64,000 nucleotides of DNA from Chlorobiota bacterium (GCA_044224515.1 JBGAKH010000002.1:162151-226150), one strand, 5' to 3'; counted from the stretch's first letter, positions 40,679 to 53,400 are shown. Notes: a model not told the origin generated them from the sequence alone. Numbers and translations are program-made.

Positions 40679-41539
40679 TTAACCGAAACGTCCTGTAATG
40701 TAATCTTCGGTCTGCTTCTTTGTCGGATTGGTGAAAATCGCACGAGTGCGTCCGGCTTCAACCAATTCACCCATGTACATGAAGGCCGTGTAGTCACTGA
40801 CGCGAGCGGCCTGCTGCATATTGTGTGTAACAATAACAATTGTGTAGCGACTTTTGAGGTCGTGAATCAACTCCTCAATTTTTGCAGTCGCAATGGGATC
40901 CAAAGCGCTCGTCGGTTCGTCCATCAGCAAGATTTCGGGTTCAACCGCCATTGCGCGTGCAATGCACAAGCGCTGCTGTTGACCACCGGAGAGCGACATC
41001 GCAGGTTCTTTCAAGCGATCTTTTACTTCATCCCACAGCGCCGCTTTTTGTAGCGCGTCTTCAGCCACCTCTTTGAGCAAACTGCGCTTGCGAACACCGT
41101 TAAAGCGAAGACCCGCAACGGTATTCTCAAAAATGCTCATTGTGGGAAAAGGATTGGGCTTTTGGAACACCATTCCGATACGTCGGCGAACGTGTACGGC
41201 GTCCATCTTCATCACATCTTCTCCATCCAGCAAAATCTCACCCACGACCTTTGCTCCGGGAACAATATCATGCATGCGATTCAGAGAACGCAGTAGTGTT
41301 GACTTGCCGCAGCCGCTGGGACCAATAATAGCCGTAGCACGATTGTCATGAAAGTTGATGTTGATATTTCGAATGGCAAAATTGCCATTGAAGATCACCC
41401 CGACACCACGAACGCTCAAGCGTGGATGTTGGTTCTCAACGTCATGCTGGTGAAGATCCTGATTCAACTCGGGCTTCGACAGTGGTGACACCGTCAGCTC
41501 GCTTTGTTGTTGCTCTTCAGTCATACACTCCTCGGCCAT
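40679..41539 (-). CDS. pstB: phosphate ABC transporter ATP-binding protein
   Basis: Walker [13 protein letters not shown] signature LSGGQQQRL, Walker [13 protein letters not shown]. PstB-specific N-terminal …[14 protein letters not shown]…. Confidence 0.9.
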   Translation of the reverse strand: MAEECMTEEQQQSELTVSPLSKPELNQDLHQHDVENQHPRLSVRGVGVIFNGNFAIRNININFHDNRATAIIGPSGCGKSTLLRSLNRMHDIVPGAKVVGEILLDGEDVMKMDAVHVRRRIGMVFQKPNPFPTMSIFENTVAGLRFNGVRKRSLLKEVAEDALQKAALWDEVKDRLKEPAMSLSGGQQQRLCIARAMAVEPEILLMDEPTSALDPIATAKIEELIHDLKSRYTIVIVTHNMQQAARVSDYTAFMYMGELVEAGRTRAIFTNPTKKQTEDYITGRFG

Positions 41540-41638
41540 TCATTGGTGATAGAATTTCGCATTGCAGTCAACAAAGAACAGACCGGCTGCTCTCTGCTTG
41601 CTGCGCTCTCGTCACGTGGCTGCATGTGCAACAACGTC

Positions 41639-42511
41639 TTACTGCTGAACCGTAAACTTACCGCCGCTAACCAGTCGCACAACCACACTCAAAATGAAGA
41701 CAATCACGATGAGTACGGTGGCGCCTGCCCACGCTTGTGCGTGCCAATCGTCGTAAGGCGAAGTTGCATAGGTATAGATCTGCACCGGTAACGACGCAAT
41801 GGGTTGGTCTAAACCGGTATGCCAAAATCTGTTATTTAAGGCAGTGAACAACAAGGGAGCGGTCTCTCCCGCTGCTCGTGCAACGGCAAGCATAACTGCT
41901 GTAACAATACCTTTTGCTGCCGCGCTTAGAACGATTCGCGTATTGACAATCCATCTCGGTGCACCGAGTGCTAGTCCTGCCTCACGTAACGTAAGCGGTA
42001 CCAGCTTCAATAACTCTTCTGTTGTTTTGGTGATCGTCGGGATCATGAGTACGGCAAGGGCAACAGAACCTGCATAGGCAGAGAAGTGTCCCATAGGTTT
42101 CACCACCAAAGCATAAGCGAAAATCCCCACGATGATAGAAGGCAAACCGCTCATTACTTCGGTCAAGAAGCGAACAATGGACGAAAATGTATTCGTTCCG
42201 TACTCAGCCAGGTAGATACCACAGAGCAAACCTATGGGAACAGCAATGAGGGCTGACATTCCCATCATGATTAACGTCCCAACAATAGCATTACCCATAC
42301 CACCGCCACTTTCTCCAACCGGCTTCGGCAGATGCGTAAAGAACTCCCAGTTCAACGCACTAATACCTTCACGCACCGTGTAGAACAAAATCAAGGCCAG
42401 CGGCACAAGCGCAATGACCACGCACAGTGCACACAAACCAATCATAAGATTGTTGAACACATTGCGACGAACGATGGTCGACTGCTTGAACTGCAAACGA
42501 CGAGTGCTCAT
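41639..42511 (-). CDS. pstA: phosphate ABC transporter permease PstA
   Basis: 6-TM permease with EAA-like loop; second permease in pstC-pstA-pstB order. ATGA overlap with pstC. Confidence 0.8.
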   Translation of the reverse strand: MSTRRLQFKQSTIVRRNVFNNLMIGLCALCVVIALVPLALILFYTVREGISALNWEFFTHLPKPVGESGGGMGNAIVGTLIMMGMSALIAVPIGLLCGIYLAEYGTNTFSSIVRFLTEVMSGLPSIIVGIFAYALVVKPMGHFSAYAGSVALAVLMIPTITKTTEELLKLVPLTLREAGLALGAPRWIVNTRIVLSAAAKGIVTAVMLAVARAAGETAPLLFTALNNRFWHTGLDQPIASLPVQIYTYATSPYDDWHAQAWAGATVLIVIVFILSVVVRLVSGGKFTVQQ

Positions 42512-43509
42512 TGACGTCCTCCGGCGATTTTCTTGCGACTAACACTCCAAACTAGCAGACGTGCCAGAGTGTTTACGACAAAAGTGGTGAGTAACAACAC
42601 CAGGCCAACCTCGATCAGGGCAGAAACATAAGTGCCCGACGTTGCTTCGTTAAACTCGTTGGCGATAACCGAAGCCATGGTATAACCCGGTTGAAAGATG
42701 CTTGCCGTGATCTGCGGTGAATTACCAATCACCAGCGTCACAGCCATGGTCTCACCCAAAGCGCGACCCAAGCCCAAAATTACCGCACCGAGAATGCCCC
42801 AGCGAGCATTCGCGACGACAATGAGGATCGCTTCCCACTTGGTGCTTCCCAATGCTAAGGCAGCTTCACGTTGCGACATCGGAATGGCCAACATGACATC
42901 TCGCGAAATACTGGTGATAATCGGAAGAATCATGACGATCAGAATACAAGCCGCTGCAAACATATTGGGACCTACGACAGGTCCGGCAAACAGCGGAAAG
43001 GAATTCCCAAGCAGATTCGATAAAGGCTGCGAAAGATGCGTCTGCAAATAGGGAACCATGACAAAAACACCCCACACACCGTAGACGATGGATGGAATGG
43101 CTGCCAGAGTTTCAACAAGAAAGGAGAGGACTGTTCGCATCGTCTGACCGGACACTTCCACCAGGAAGATGGCAATGCCCAAGCTTAAGGGTAAAGCCAT
43201 TGCCAAGCCTAATAGCGACGAAACAATGGTACCATAGAGGAAGGGTGCTGCGCCATATACTTCATTAACGGGATCCCAAGTCTTCGATGTGAAAAACGAG
43301 GTTCCGAACTTATTGATGGTTTCATTGGAGCTGGCAACTAACTCCCAGATGAGTCCACCAATGACCACAACGATAATAATAGCCGCGCTTGCGCACAGCA
43401 CATAGAACACACCATCACCAATCTGCGATTTCACTTTGGTGACGAGTGAGCGTATTTCAGCCGAACGTCCGTGCGACGTAGCTTCAGGTAGCGCAGATGT
43501 TGTGCCCAT
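42508..43509 (-). CDS. pstC: phosphate ABC transporter permease PstC
   Basis: Polytopic ABC permease, first gene of the pstCAB-phoU string. Confidence 0.8.
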   Translation of the reverse strand: MGTTSALPEATSHGRSAEIRSLVTKVKSQIGDGVFYVLCASAAIIIVVVIGGLIWELVASSNETINKFGTSFFTSKTWDPVNEVYGAAPFLYGTIVSSLLGLAMALPLSLGIAIFLVEVSGQTMRTVLSFLVETLAAIPSIVYGVWGVFVMVPYLQTHLSQPLSNLLGNSFPLFAGPVVGPNMFAAACILIVMILPIITSISRDVMLAIPMSQREAALALGSTKWEAILIVVANARWGILGAVILGLGRALGETMAVTLVIGNSPQITASIFQPGYTMASVIANEFNEATSGTYVSALIEVGLVLLLTTFVVNTLARLLVWSVSRKKIAGGRQ

Positions 43510-44219
43510 AAGTCCTGCAATTTACTGAATCATCCGCTCAATAACACCGCCAATGCTAGGCTGTTATTGAATCGTAATGAGATGATCCTTGCTTCTCCGG
43601 CATGAATTCAAGGGCTTCGCGAATGTAGTAATCGCAACGCTCTACACAACCGAAGTTTCGGAAGAAACACTCCGACCTTTTCTGGCTGTATCTACTTCTC
43701 AATTCTCGTGTTACTTAGTGAAAGCACGTACGACATGTCGTTGCCGGCAAACACCACGATTCCCTCTTGGTGTTCACCTACTATCCTTCAACAGGGCAAA
43801 ACTCTTTGAGATGCAGAGACTGAGAAGGAAAGCCTAGCAAATGCGATAGCGACTGTCAAGCAACACCGTAGCATTTTTGCAGTTGAAGACGAGAGCCACA
43901 CAGTGGTTATCACAGTAGTACGTACCGTACTCGATACGGTACTTGAGAACGTTATCATGTAAAGGGCGGTTCAGCGTGAATCGAGCTGAAACAGAACCGT
44001 GGGCTTTGTTGTCTTTGCCTTTTGGGCAGTCGGCAGTCGTCAACAAATATGTGTGCATTTTTTGTTTCACATTGACTTTTTACAGCAGACGCCCGGTCGA
44101 TCGAAAGCTAAAAAATGGTTATATAAGGCTTTTTTCGGCTAATTTGATGGCTCAACATTAAGTTTTTCACTCCTATATTGCCAACCATTCACTATTCACT
44201 AACCAGTCATTCACAGTTT

Positions 44220-45122
44220 ATGAAGAGATTTCTAATCTTTGCCATACTTGCCCTTCCGGCAGTACTCCCCCTCGAGAGTTTTATCGAGAAACCGAGTTCA
44301 GAAGGTATCGCAGCGGACACAATTTGTTTCTCACGTGATATTCTTCCCATGTTGAACTCAAATTGCGCCATGTCCGGTTGCCACGATGCTTCCGCTGCAG
44401 GTGGTTTTAAACTTACGACTGCTGCGGGTGTGCTCAAGGGTGTTAAAGCAGGATCACCTTCGACCAGCAGCATCTACCGTGAAATCAACTCCGGCTCAAT
44501 GCCCCGCTCTCCGTGGAAGCGTCTACCGGATTCACTCAAGACCCGTTTGTCAGCGTGGATTACAGCCGGTGCAAAAACAGCGGAGTGTGTTGAAGCATTC
44601 TGCGATACATCCAACGTCACCTACGCAAAAGATATCAAACCCATCATCCAAACTGCGTGTGTTGGATGTCATCAAACCACGTCCGCAGAAGGTGGCTTCC
44701 ATATGGATGTTGACGCCACCAACCAAGAAAACAAGGTTCGTATTTACGAATCTGCAGCACACATAAATGGTGCTGCTGCAATGCCGCGAAACATTGCTCA
44801 ACTGAGTGCATGCCAAATTGCCAAGCTGCGTATCTGGGCTCTGGGCACGAGTGAAGTGGCAAACGATCCAAGTGCGGACGATGCATTCAGTATTGTACAA
44901 GACAATGGTGAGGAAGTCCTCCGCTTCCAATTAGCACTAAGCACGCAGGCAAGTGTGAACGTGTATAGTGCGGATGGACGTGTTATCACAAGCATACCAA
45001 GCAGTGTTTATGCTGCCGGTTACAACCAGGTTCGTCTTGGAACCTCGATGCAAGCACATGGCTTGTACTTCGTTCGATTCGTTAGCCAAGGCACAACCCG
45101 TTCGATGAAATTCTTGCGTTAG
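44220..45122 (+). CDS. secreted protein with two tandem Planctomycete-type cytochrome c-like (PSCyt1-like) modules (Cx4CH and CxxCH) and a T9SS C-terminal domain (start MKRFLIFAILALPAV…)
   Basis: Module 1 …RDILPMLNSNCAMSGCHDASAAGGFKLTT…MPRSP…LSAWITAGAK. Module 2 …KDIKPIIQTACVGCHQTTSAEGGFHMD…MPRNIAQLSACQIAKLRIWALG. C-terminus …HGLYFVRFVSQGTTRSMKFLR. Confidence 0.6.
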   Translation: MKRFLIFAILALPAVLPLESFIEKPSSEGIAADTICFSRDILPMLNSNCAMSGCHDASAAGGFKLTTAAGVLKGVKAGSPSTSSIYREINSGSMPRSPWKRLPDSLKTRLSAWITAGAKTAECVEAFCDTSNVTYAKDIKPIIQTACVGCHQTTSAEGGFHMDVDATNQENKVRIYESAAHINGAAAMPRNIAQLSACQIAKLRIWALGTSEVANDPSADDAFSIVQDNGEEVLRFQLALSTQASVNVYSADGRVITSIPSSVYAAGYNQVRLGTSMQAHGLYFVRFVSQGTTRSMKFLR

Positions 45123-45148
45123 TCGTAGTGTATCTCGACATTAAAAGT

Positions 45149-45183
45149 AAAAGCCCAACGGCGTTGCCGTTGGGCTTTTTTAT
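45149..45183. terminator. bidirectional rho-independent terminator (GCCCAACGGC-gtt-GCCGTTGGGC + T-run) between convergent genes
   Basis: Perfect 10-bp stem; T6 downstream, A-rich upstream. Confidence 0.65.
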
Positions 45184-45244
45184 TACTTCTACTTCACGCT
45201 TTGGCAGCCGGATCTGAGGTAGACTTCAATTCCGGATGCGGAAG

Positions 45245-47464
45245 TTAGGGATTCTCAACGGGTGTCTCAACGACAATGTTCACCGTCCGGTTGTACATGC
45301 GACCTTCAGGGAAATTGTTGTCGTAAAGTTCTTGCTCTTTTCCATAACCTTTGGCGGTTGATGAAGGAAGATTGAGAGCCTTCGCTGTATAATCAGCTCG
45401 TTTGGTGCTTAGCATCATGTTGTACTCAGCGCTTCCACTTCGGTCGGTGTGGCCGGTGATCACGTAGGTGGACTTAGGACTCGAATGTTCCTTAATGTAT
45501 TTGATCAACGCTAAATGCGAGGCTGTGTGAGTGTAGCTACCGAATTCGTAGAGAATGAGCGAGTATTTGTCAACGTACTTGTCATTCACGCGCTCGCGAT
45601 CTTGTCTTGTCTGCATCTCTACCGGAAAGGTTTGCGTGATTCTGCGCAGCGAATCGAGTTTGTCGTGCACGTCAAAACGAATACGAATGTCATGCAAATC
45701 GCGAGGCCCGCGCGAGAGATCTTTATTGATATCCCATTGCAAGTGTTTATCAGGCATACTGCGACCGCTCATTGCAACGAATACACTGTCGTTCAAGACC
45801 GAGTGCACCGACCAATCCTTGACACCCACAGAACTCTTTACAGTTGGATAGAAGTGTAGTGAGCTCACGTGTTGTGCGCGTAAAACCGTATCTAGCAATA
45901 CGACGTTGCGAAGAATCTCAGGATCGTTGGAGCTGATTTCGACGCGACGGTTCTCGTCGATACCATCTTGACTCTTTGCACTGGAGGGCACAGCCGGAAG
46001 GTTTTGCGCTTTTACTTTCAAGCGTGCCGGATCAATTCCCCATACCTTTTCGAAATAGTCGCGCACGCGTTCTGCGCGTGCTTTCGACAATGCGGTGTTT
46101 GCCTTTTCCGGTCCCAGATCCTGATTACATCCTGTAAAAGTCAACACTGCTTTTGAGTTGTCGCGCATACGATTGCCTATGATATTCAGCACTTGTCTGT
46201 AGATTTCAAGTGCTGAGCTCTTTCGAAGCGCATTGACGTTGAATGATTCGGTTTGCTGAGCCGGAACTTGCACGTAGCGTTCCGGTATCACATCACTATT
46301 TTCATCAAAAAAGATATAGGGAAGCAGTGGTTGTATGGAATTGCCCACAACTTCTTCAATCTTCACCGTAACGATGTCTTTCTCCTCACCGTCTTGATCC
46401 GACGCTTTGAGCTTCATCGCTGTCTCAAGGCAATACGGTCGCTTTTCCGGGAGGGTCTTTACATAGCTCTGCCATACTTCGGTCAATAGGGTAAGCGTGT
46501 TGTATCCTGACTCAATTTCTTGTTCGTCGGTGGAATCATGCTTGAGTTCAATCTGCACCGCGCTAATGTCATAGGATTTCTCCACTGTTGTGTCGCGATG
46601 ATACACTGTATCGTAACGCATCAGTGGAGGAACAATCGGATTGTATCGCACAGACGCACCTACCTGCAGAGCGCTGATATGCCAGTCAATTTCCTTGCTT
46701 ACACTCGGTAAGAGTCGTGTGTAATTCAGCTCAGGCGAAAGGATCAATGTTTTCTTCTTGTTCAAGGGCACGTCAATACGCAACCCCACTCGAGCCATGA
46801 GATAAAGACTGATAGCCTGCGGTAGCTCTTGCGCGTTGAACTCGTTGCGTGTGCGCAAACCACTCGGAAAGAACACGCCCTCTTGATCCGCAGCCAGTTT
46901 CTCAACCTGATCGAATTGCGTTCGAAGACTACTGCAGATCGGCAATGAAGCACTTAGCCAAAAGCCACTGACCGGCTGGAAGAGTATGGCAGGCTCAAGG
47001 TTAAGATTTGAGATGTGCGCCGTGATCGAATGGTCTATGCGAGCCTGCTCCGTGCCGGTTGATGTGGTGACGGTCGTCAGCGAATCCTGTTCGCGCGCAG
47101 TGAGAATTCCTCCCAATGATTCAAAACCCAGACGAAGTTGTGCGGACCACAACGGACTAAGTACGTACTCACCAAAGATGGCTGCATGGATTCCACTTCC
47201 ACTGCCCCTTTCAAAATGTGGACAGCAGTTCGGGTAACCGGGTATCTTCTGAAAATTCGTCGTATGGTTCAATGACGAGTAGTCGACCGCCACTCCCACG
47301 CTATACGGGAAGTGCGGCTTCTCAGACTGTGAATACACTTGTACGCCGATAAGTGAATGCACAATGAAGAGTGAAACGATGCCGCTTAAGCGAAGTCCAT
47401 GCAATAGCCGCTTTGAGCTACTAGCAAGAATGTCTTTGATGCTTCGTGTCATGCTACTGCTCAT
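45245..47464 (-). CDS. large OmpA-family outer-membrane protein (739 aa): N-terminal beta-barrel-like region, two OmpA-like peptidoglycan-binding segments
   Basis: C-terminal …YVITGHTDRSGSAEYNMMLSTKRADYTAKAL… (OmpA_C motif) and internal …LTFTGCNQDLGPEKANTALSKARAERVRDYF…. ATGA start/stop overlap with upstream 2438-aa gene. Confidence 0.75.
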   Translation of the reverse strand: MSSSMTRSIKDILASSSKRLLHGLRLSGIVSLFIVHSLIGVQVYSQSEKPHFPYSVGVAVDYSSLNHTTNFQKIPGYPNCCPHFERGSGSGIHAAIFGEYVLSPLWSAQLRLGFESLGGILTAREQDSLTTVTTSTGTEQARIDHSITAHISNLNLEPAILFQPVSGFWLSASLPICSSLRTQFDQVEKLAADQEGVFFPSGLRTRNEFNAQELPQAISLYLMARVGLRIDVPLNKKKTLILSPELNYTRLLPSVSKEIDWHISALQVGASVRYNPIVPPLMRYDTVYHRDTTVEKSYDISAVQIELKHDSTDEQEIESGYNTLTLLTEVWQSYVKTLPEKRPYCLETAMKLKASDQDGEEKDIVTVKIEEVVGNSIQPLLPYIFFDENSDVIPERYVQVPAQQTESFNVNALRKSSALEIYRQVLNIIGNRMRDNSKAVLTFTGCNQDLGPEKANTALSKARAERVRDYFEKVWGIDPARLKVKAQNLPAVPSSAKSQDGIDENRRVEISSNDPEILRNVVLLDTVLRAQHVSSLHFYPTVKSSVGVKDWSVHSVLNDSVFVAMSGRSMPDKHLQWDINKDLSRGPRDLHDIRIRFDVHDKLDSLRRITQTFPVEMQTRQDRERVNDKYVDKYSLILYEFGSYTHTASHLALIKYIKEHSSPKSTYVITGHTDRSGSAEYNMMLSTKRADYTAKALNLPSSTAKGYGKEQELYDNNFPEGRMYNRTVNIVVETPVENP

Positions 47465-50400
47465 CGAACTATCTCCAGTCTCTGCGTCTTCATTTCAGTA
47501 GCCGTGTGGAGAATGACTTGATATACACCGGACGGTATGGTTGCACACGAAGCTTTGTACTGCCACTCGGCAGCAGGTGGCATACCTTCATATAGCACCT
47601 GCGCAACACGTCCCATCGCGTCAACAACTTCAATGCGCACTGCTGCTCGTTCAGGGGTGCTCAGGTCTACCGTAATGTTACCGTCAGCCGGATTCGGGTA
47701 CACAGAGCGTAGTGCAATAGCTTTAGCCCTATCAAATAGACGTGTTCCTCCATCTGTGCACTGACCGGAAATAGAAATTTTCGCATCCTTAGAACTCAGC
47801 GTTGCACTACCACCATTGGCAACAACGTTGCTGAAGTGCATTGCAGTCTGTACGTCATTTCCTAATGCTGCTTGCAATTCAAGTATTGCCAGAATTGAAT
47901 CTTGGGCATCGATAGCTTGGCTTTCGATCGACACGGTACGCGTTGGCCCGTCTTCAACACTGCTCAGTAGCGAACCGTGGCGCACACTACGTAACGACAG
48001 CAGTGTGGTATTCCACTGGAGTTGAGCGCTCATAGTAGATATACCTGCCAACTTCGCACCGCGCACATCATGTATGTACAGCGGATACTCGAAGACCTGG
48101 CCGATCTGCACCGTCGTATCCAAGGCATACACCGAAATTTCAGCCCGCAGGTTGGCAGAGAGTTCAACAGGGTTTTCGCGACCGCAATTGTCGCGGTAAC
48201 TCAGTGTCTCGCGAATCCATCCACTCGAGTCCGGTGCATCGAAGTGCATATAGGCCACTCCTTGGGTGTACAACGGAAGCGGATTCGGAGAGATGGAATC
48301 AATGGTGAAGTACTGTCCTCGAATCGGCGTCGGCACCACTTGCTCAAGCGAACCATCGTTCACAATAACCATTGTGGCACTGTACTGTTGACTCCGATTC
48401 ACAATGCCATAGAAGAAGGGATTATCCTTCCAAATCATGTCAACGGAATCTTTAAGTACCTTCAATGCAATGCTACGTTCAGCGTTTGTACTACTGTCCG
48501 TATTTGAAATCAAAACCAACTCCGCACTACGCATACCTGTGTAAGAATGCGAAAGGTGTCGCAGAAGAACCAAATGCTGTGCTGACGGCTCGAGTTCAAA
48601 GGAACTGTCGTTCACAATTGTAAACTCATTGGCTTGTGCACCCCGTAAGAACATGCGACTGACAAGCAGATTATCACCACCGGTATTTTTGACGACGACT
48701 GTGGTATCGAGAGATGGATAGCACTGCTCGTGAGCGGATAGTTCGGTGATTGACTGCAAGTGTGCCGGAACAATTTTCATAACCTCGATGACCACCGCCA
48801 ATCGATGTGCGGTTGCACAGCTGTCAAAAACTGTGATCGTATCGCGGTAGACTCCGGCGCTGTCTCCAGCAAAGCGCACATAGGCAATTGCGGAATCACC
48901 AACCGGCACAGGATTCTTCGACAAAGAGTCGAGCGAGAACTTATTGCGAGTTACCGGTGTTGCAATGCGCAAAGGCAAACTTCCGGTGTTGTAGACAACA
49001 ATCTGCTGCGTTGTCTTGCGCCATTCGCGAAGCGTCGGAAAACTCAGCACGGTTGAAGCAAAACGCATATCTGCTCGCTGAACTTCCACCGACAATGAGA
49101 GAACCAGAATCGAATCCTTTTCAGAGTTCGAGTAAATGGAAATTGTCGAAGGAATGCTTTGCGATGTTGCGCCACTACCGCTGGCATCGCAACGAATACG
49201 CAAAGTATCAACAGCACCGGGCAGAACGATTCTAGGAAGGGGTGTAATCAGACTCATGCTAAGCAGAGCCGATTGTGAGAATGCGACTGAGTCGATGCGC
49301 AACGTATCAAGTCCGCTGTTTCGTACGACGACTGAGGTGTCTCGTTTTGGCGTGCACGGGACAGCAAAGGTTTTTGGAGGAGTGAGACTAATTCGTGGAC
49401 GCAGACTTTGCACCTGAGCATGGATACGCAAAGGCTGCGCCTTTGCACACTGATCCTGCACGTTGAGTGTGTCGTAGACCGACGTTCCGCTCGGTGCTCC
49501 GGCAAAACGCAGAGTATAGATAGCAGAAGCTCCGGCGGGCGTTGGATTGGGAACGACTGAGACAAGGCTAAAGAGACCTCGCTGCTGCGGAACTGTCCAC
49601 TGTATCTCGGCGCTACCGGTATTAACAAGGGTGTCGCTAAGCGTCGCAGCCGTATTTGGAGCAATATCAATGAACTCCTGTGCGGCGGTATCAAATCGAA
49701 ACGCGGTATAATTCCAGTGAGCACTAAGAGGAATCAGTGTCTGACCATTTGTTGTGTTTTGAGCGTTCGATTCAATGACGAGCGAAGCACCGGTAGAGTT
49801 GAGTTCCTTTGGAGTATAGCGAATAACGATTGAGTCGAGAGCATCAGGATCTATCGTTGATGCCGGTTTGCGGACAATGCTGAATTGCTGCAAACTGTCG
49901 TTGATGATACGTAGGTCTTTTATCGACAAGGGCATCATGCCTACGTTAGTGATAATAATAGTCGTATCGAATTGCGATTGGCATGTGCGACTCTGTATAT
50001 CAAGATTCGACAAAATGTACACAGTAGCTTTAGGACTCTGTGTGAAGGCTCGAAGACGAGCCGAAACTTCTCCCCCGCACGTATCACGAACAGTGTACAG
50101 TGTGTCGTACACCATGGAGGTATCTCCGTTATTAAAGTTCACAAAGATCCGTGCGCTTTGTCCGGAAGGTATGGGGTTTGGCGCGATGGACATTATCGTG
50201 AACTTGCCCAGCTTCACAGGTGTCGGCAGGTACATACCCACACTTCCTCGATTGACAATGGTTAGGAAGCCATCAACCGATGTGAAGGGTCGCACATTAA
50301 GGAAATCCAGCGTTTGAGTCGGGAAGAACCAAATAACCGTGTCACGTTTTGCGGTCAAGCCCACGTCCAAAACACCCTTGGGAGTATTCTGTGCATTTGA

Positions 50401-53400
50401 GTAGACTCTGAGCGTTGCAGCCCGTGATCCGGAAAACTGCGGTAGATATTGGACGCGAATGTTTTTAAACGATGCTGCGGAAATGGTATCTGGAAACACA
50501 CTCACTACTTTAAAGTAAATGGAGTCTGAACCAATGATACGCACGCTATCAATCTGCATCACACCGGTTCCCGTATTGTTGATACGAATCACGGTGTCGA
50601 TGGGATTAAGAGCCGAACAAATGGGAGACAGCATCGCATAGTCTTTCTGTGCTGAAGCAATGCGTGGAATACCTATGCCCTCTCCCGCCAATAGGATGGT
50701 TGCGGGCGAGCCAAGGAAAGCATGGTAGAAAGCAAGCCGAGCACTGGTGAGTGCTATTCGGGTCGGGGCGAATCGCAGGGTGATGACCCGAGTCTCATTC
50801 GGCTGTAGAACAAAACTTCCGCCTCCGCTAACGATGGAGAATTGAACCGTGTCCGGACCCAGTATCCGTGTATTCGTTATGGTTAAGGCTGAAGATGTAA
50901 CGTTTTTGATAGTTGCCGTTACTGTGGTGTCTTTCTTTGTTGTGATTTCGACCTTTCCGAAATCAATCTGTTCAATAAGATTGTTCGTTGGTGGATTGAC
51001 CGACTCACCGATCAACACAAAACGCAGTGTATCACACAGGGTCACAACCGTCATCGTCACTTGTTTGATACCCACGACTTTGGTTCGTGGAATGAAGCCT
51101 AATTCATAGCTGAGCGATTGACCCGGATAGAGGTAAAGTCCCGTGTTCTTTTTTACAATCCTGAACTCATCTTTGTTATATCCTTCAATCGTTACCGAAT
51201 AGATGTAATCCCATGAAGAACCGATATTCATGATGATTTGATTGATCACGGAATCACGCGCTCCGTTGTTCAGCACTTTACCGAAGTTGATGGTATCTTT
51301 CTTAATCAGCTGCGAGGTGCCAATCACGAAGGGTGTCTTCGTGGTATCCATCTGAATTGGTGAGGCTAAGCAGTCCCACAACCAAGCATTACCGTCGTGA
51401 GAACAAATCAACGCGCGCGAGGAGTTTTCCGACAATGCGATTTGTGATACCGCGTACCCCTGGTGAGGGTTAACAGTGCGGATCACAGCTCTATCCGACG
51501 TCCGCCATAGACGTGCTTGATTGTTGGTGATCATTGGACCAACCACGTAACCTGCATTCGGACAAATCGCTTGCACGTTGTCGCTGATACTTCCCAGCAG
51601 ACTCAAAGTTGAGTCAAGAATGAAACTACGGTTTGTGGCTTGGTGGTAGATCGTGGTGTATTTCGCACCCGGCGCGTAACTGATTTTTGAGCACTCTCCA
51701 CCAAATCCATAAGTGTCCGTAAAGCGCATGGTTTCCGTCCAGCTTGCGGTGCTGATCGACACAACACTCATGTTCGTTGCCGATGCAAGTCCGGCAACCA
51801 GCAGGCTGTTGTCATTGTAACCGTAAACCAGATCACGCCCCGCGACAAAATTGTTGATTGTCAGCGTGCGAATCAGTGCTCCTGTCGCAGTCGCGAAAAC
51901 ACGAACGGTGTTATCAGCTACAACCGCCACGTATTGACTGTTCCCGGAGAATGCCGGACCGTAGCCGGCACTGCTAATGCGTGTGATTAACTGACCGCTA
52001 AGGACATTCCAAAGGGCCATTGAGTTGTCGGTCGACAAGGCAGCCAAGTAGATTCCGTTGGGACTTACCCGAAGCTGGTTGACTTTCGATGCCGTGGCAG
52101 CCAAGTCATAGAAGCACTTCAGCGTATCACGCGTTGCAACGTCATGCACGTAGACAGATCCGTCTTCGCCCATGGTTGCCACATTCTGGTCGTTGTTGAA
52201 GAAACAGCCCGATACCACGGCACCGCGCGCAGCATTACGCAACAGCAGTTGCTTTTCGTGCGTGCCACTCGAGGTCCACTGATTCACGCCACCAAATCCC
52301 GATGCCGTCAGAATGTGTGATCCATCGGAAGAAAACTGCGCAGACATACTGCGCCATGCGTGTTGATTCAATCGTCCACTGCCGTCAAAGCTGAATATCT
52401 GCGAAGCGGTCGACGGATCCCACACTACCACCGCTCCTCGGTAGGCATCAGGAACTCCCACCGCTGTTTCACCGCAGCTCAATACTCGGGTGCCACTTGC
52501 ATTGAAGCAAGCGTAGTAGTGTGCACCGATAGAGCCACTGAAATTCTTGAGTTCACTGGAGCTCGACGTGCTGAAGATTCTAGAGTAACCACCCAGGTAA
52601 CTCACAAGTACTTGATCTATTGAGGTCGGGTTGAAACTGACTGAGCTTACCGCTGTAATCTTGGAAGGATCGAGATTCGTTATGCGAGTGCCGCTGCCAA
52701 CGTACCAGACTACTGTTCGGCTTCCCACGTCTCCACTCGCCAATCGTGTTCCGTCTGCGCTGAAGGCAAGCGCGGACACCGGTGAGCTGTGATAAACTAA
52801 GGTACTGATGAGACTGCCATTGCTAAAGTCGTAGATGCGAATCGCATTATTCAATGAGTTTACGCCGACTGCAATACGTGAGCCTGCCGCATTCAAACTC
52901 ATGCACGTAAAGGTTGTCGTGAGGTCAACTATTGTTCGCACCAATGCATAGGTGCTGGCGTTCCAAATCTGGATGTACGCCCCGGGACTACCGTTTGAAA
53001 GCGTCAGGATGTAGCTGCCGTCCGGTGTCCATGCTACAGCACTCACCACGCGACCCGAACCCGGGTTCAAGGTTGCGAGAGTATCTCCGCTTTGCAAACT
53101 CAGTACGTATGCTTTTCGCGTTGACAGATAACTGTTGTCAGGATTCAGACATGCAACAGCTTGGTTGTTGTTTTGTGGATTGTAGACGACTTGCTTCATC
53201 TGTCCCGCGTGTCCCAGCTTCAGAAACTGTGTTCTGTCGTTCTGGAATTTCAGGTGTGAGATACGAATGCGATTGTTCGAACCCGTGCGGGGAGGAGTGC
53301 GAAACCACTGCTCAAAGTTTCCGCTGAAGTTGTCGACCAGCATTGTCCATGTTTTTGCATCGTCGTAGCTCCATTCCACACGAACAGAGTCGCCGGCAGC

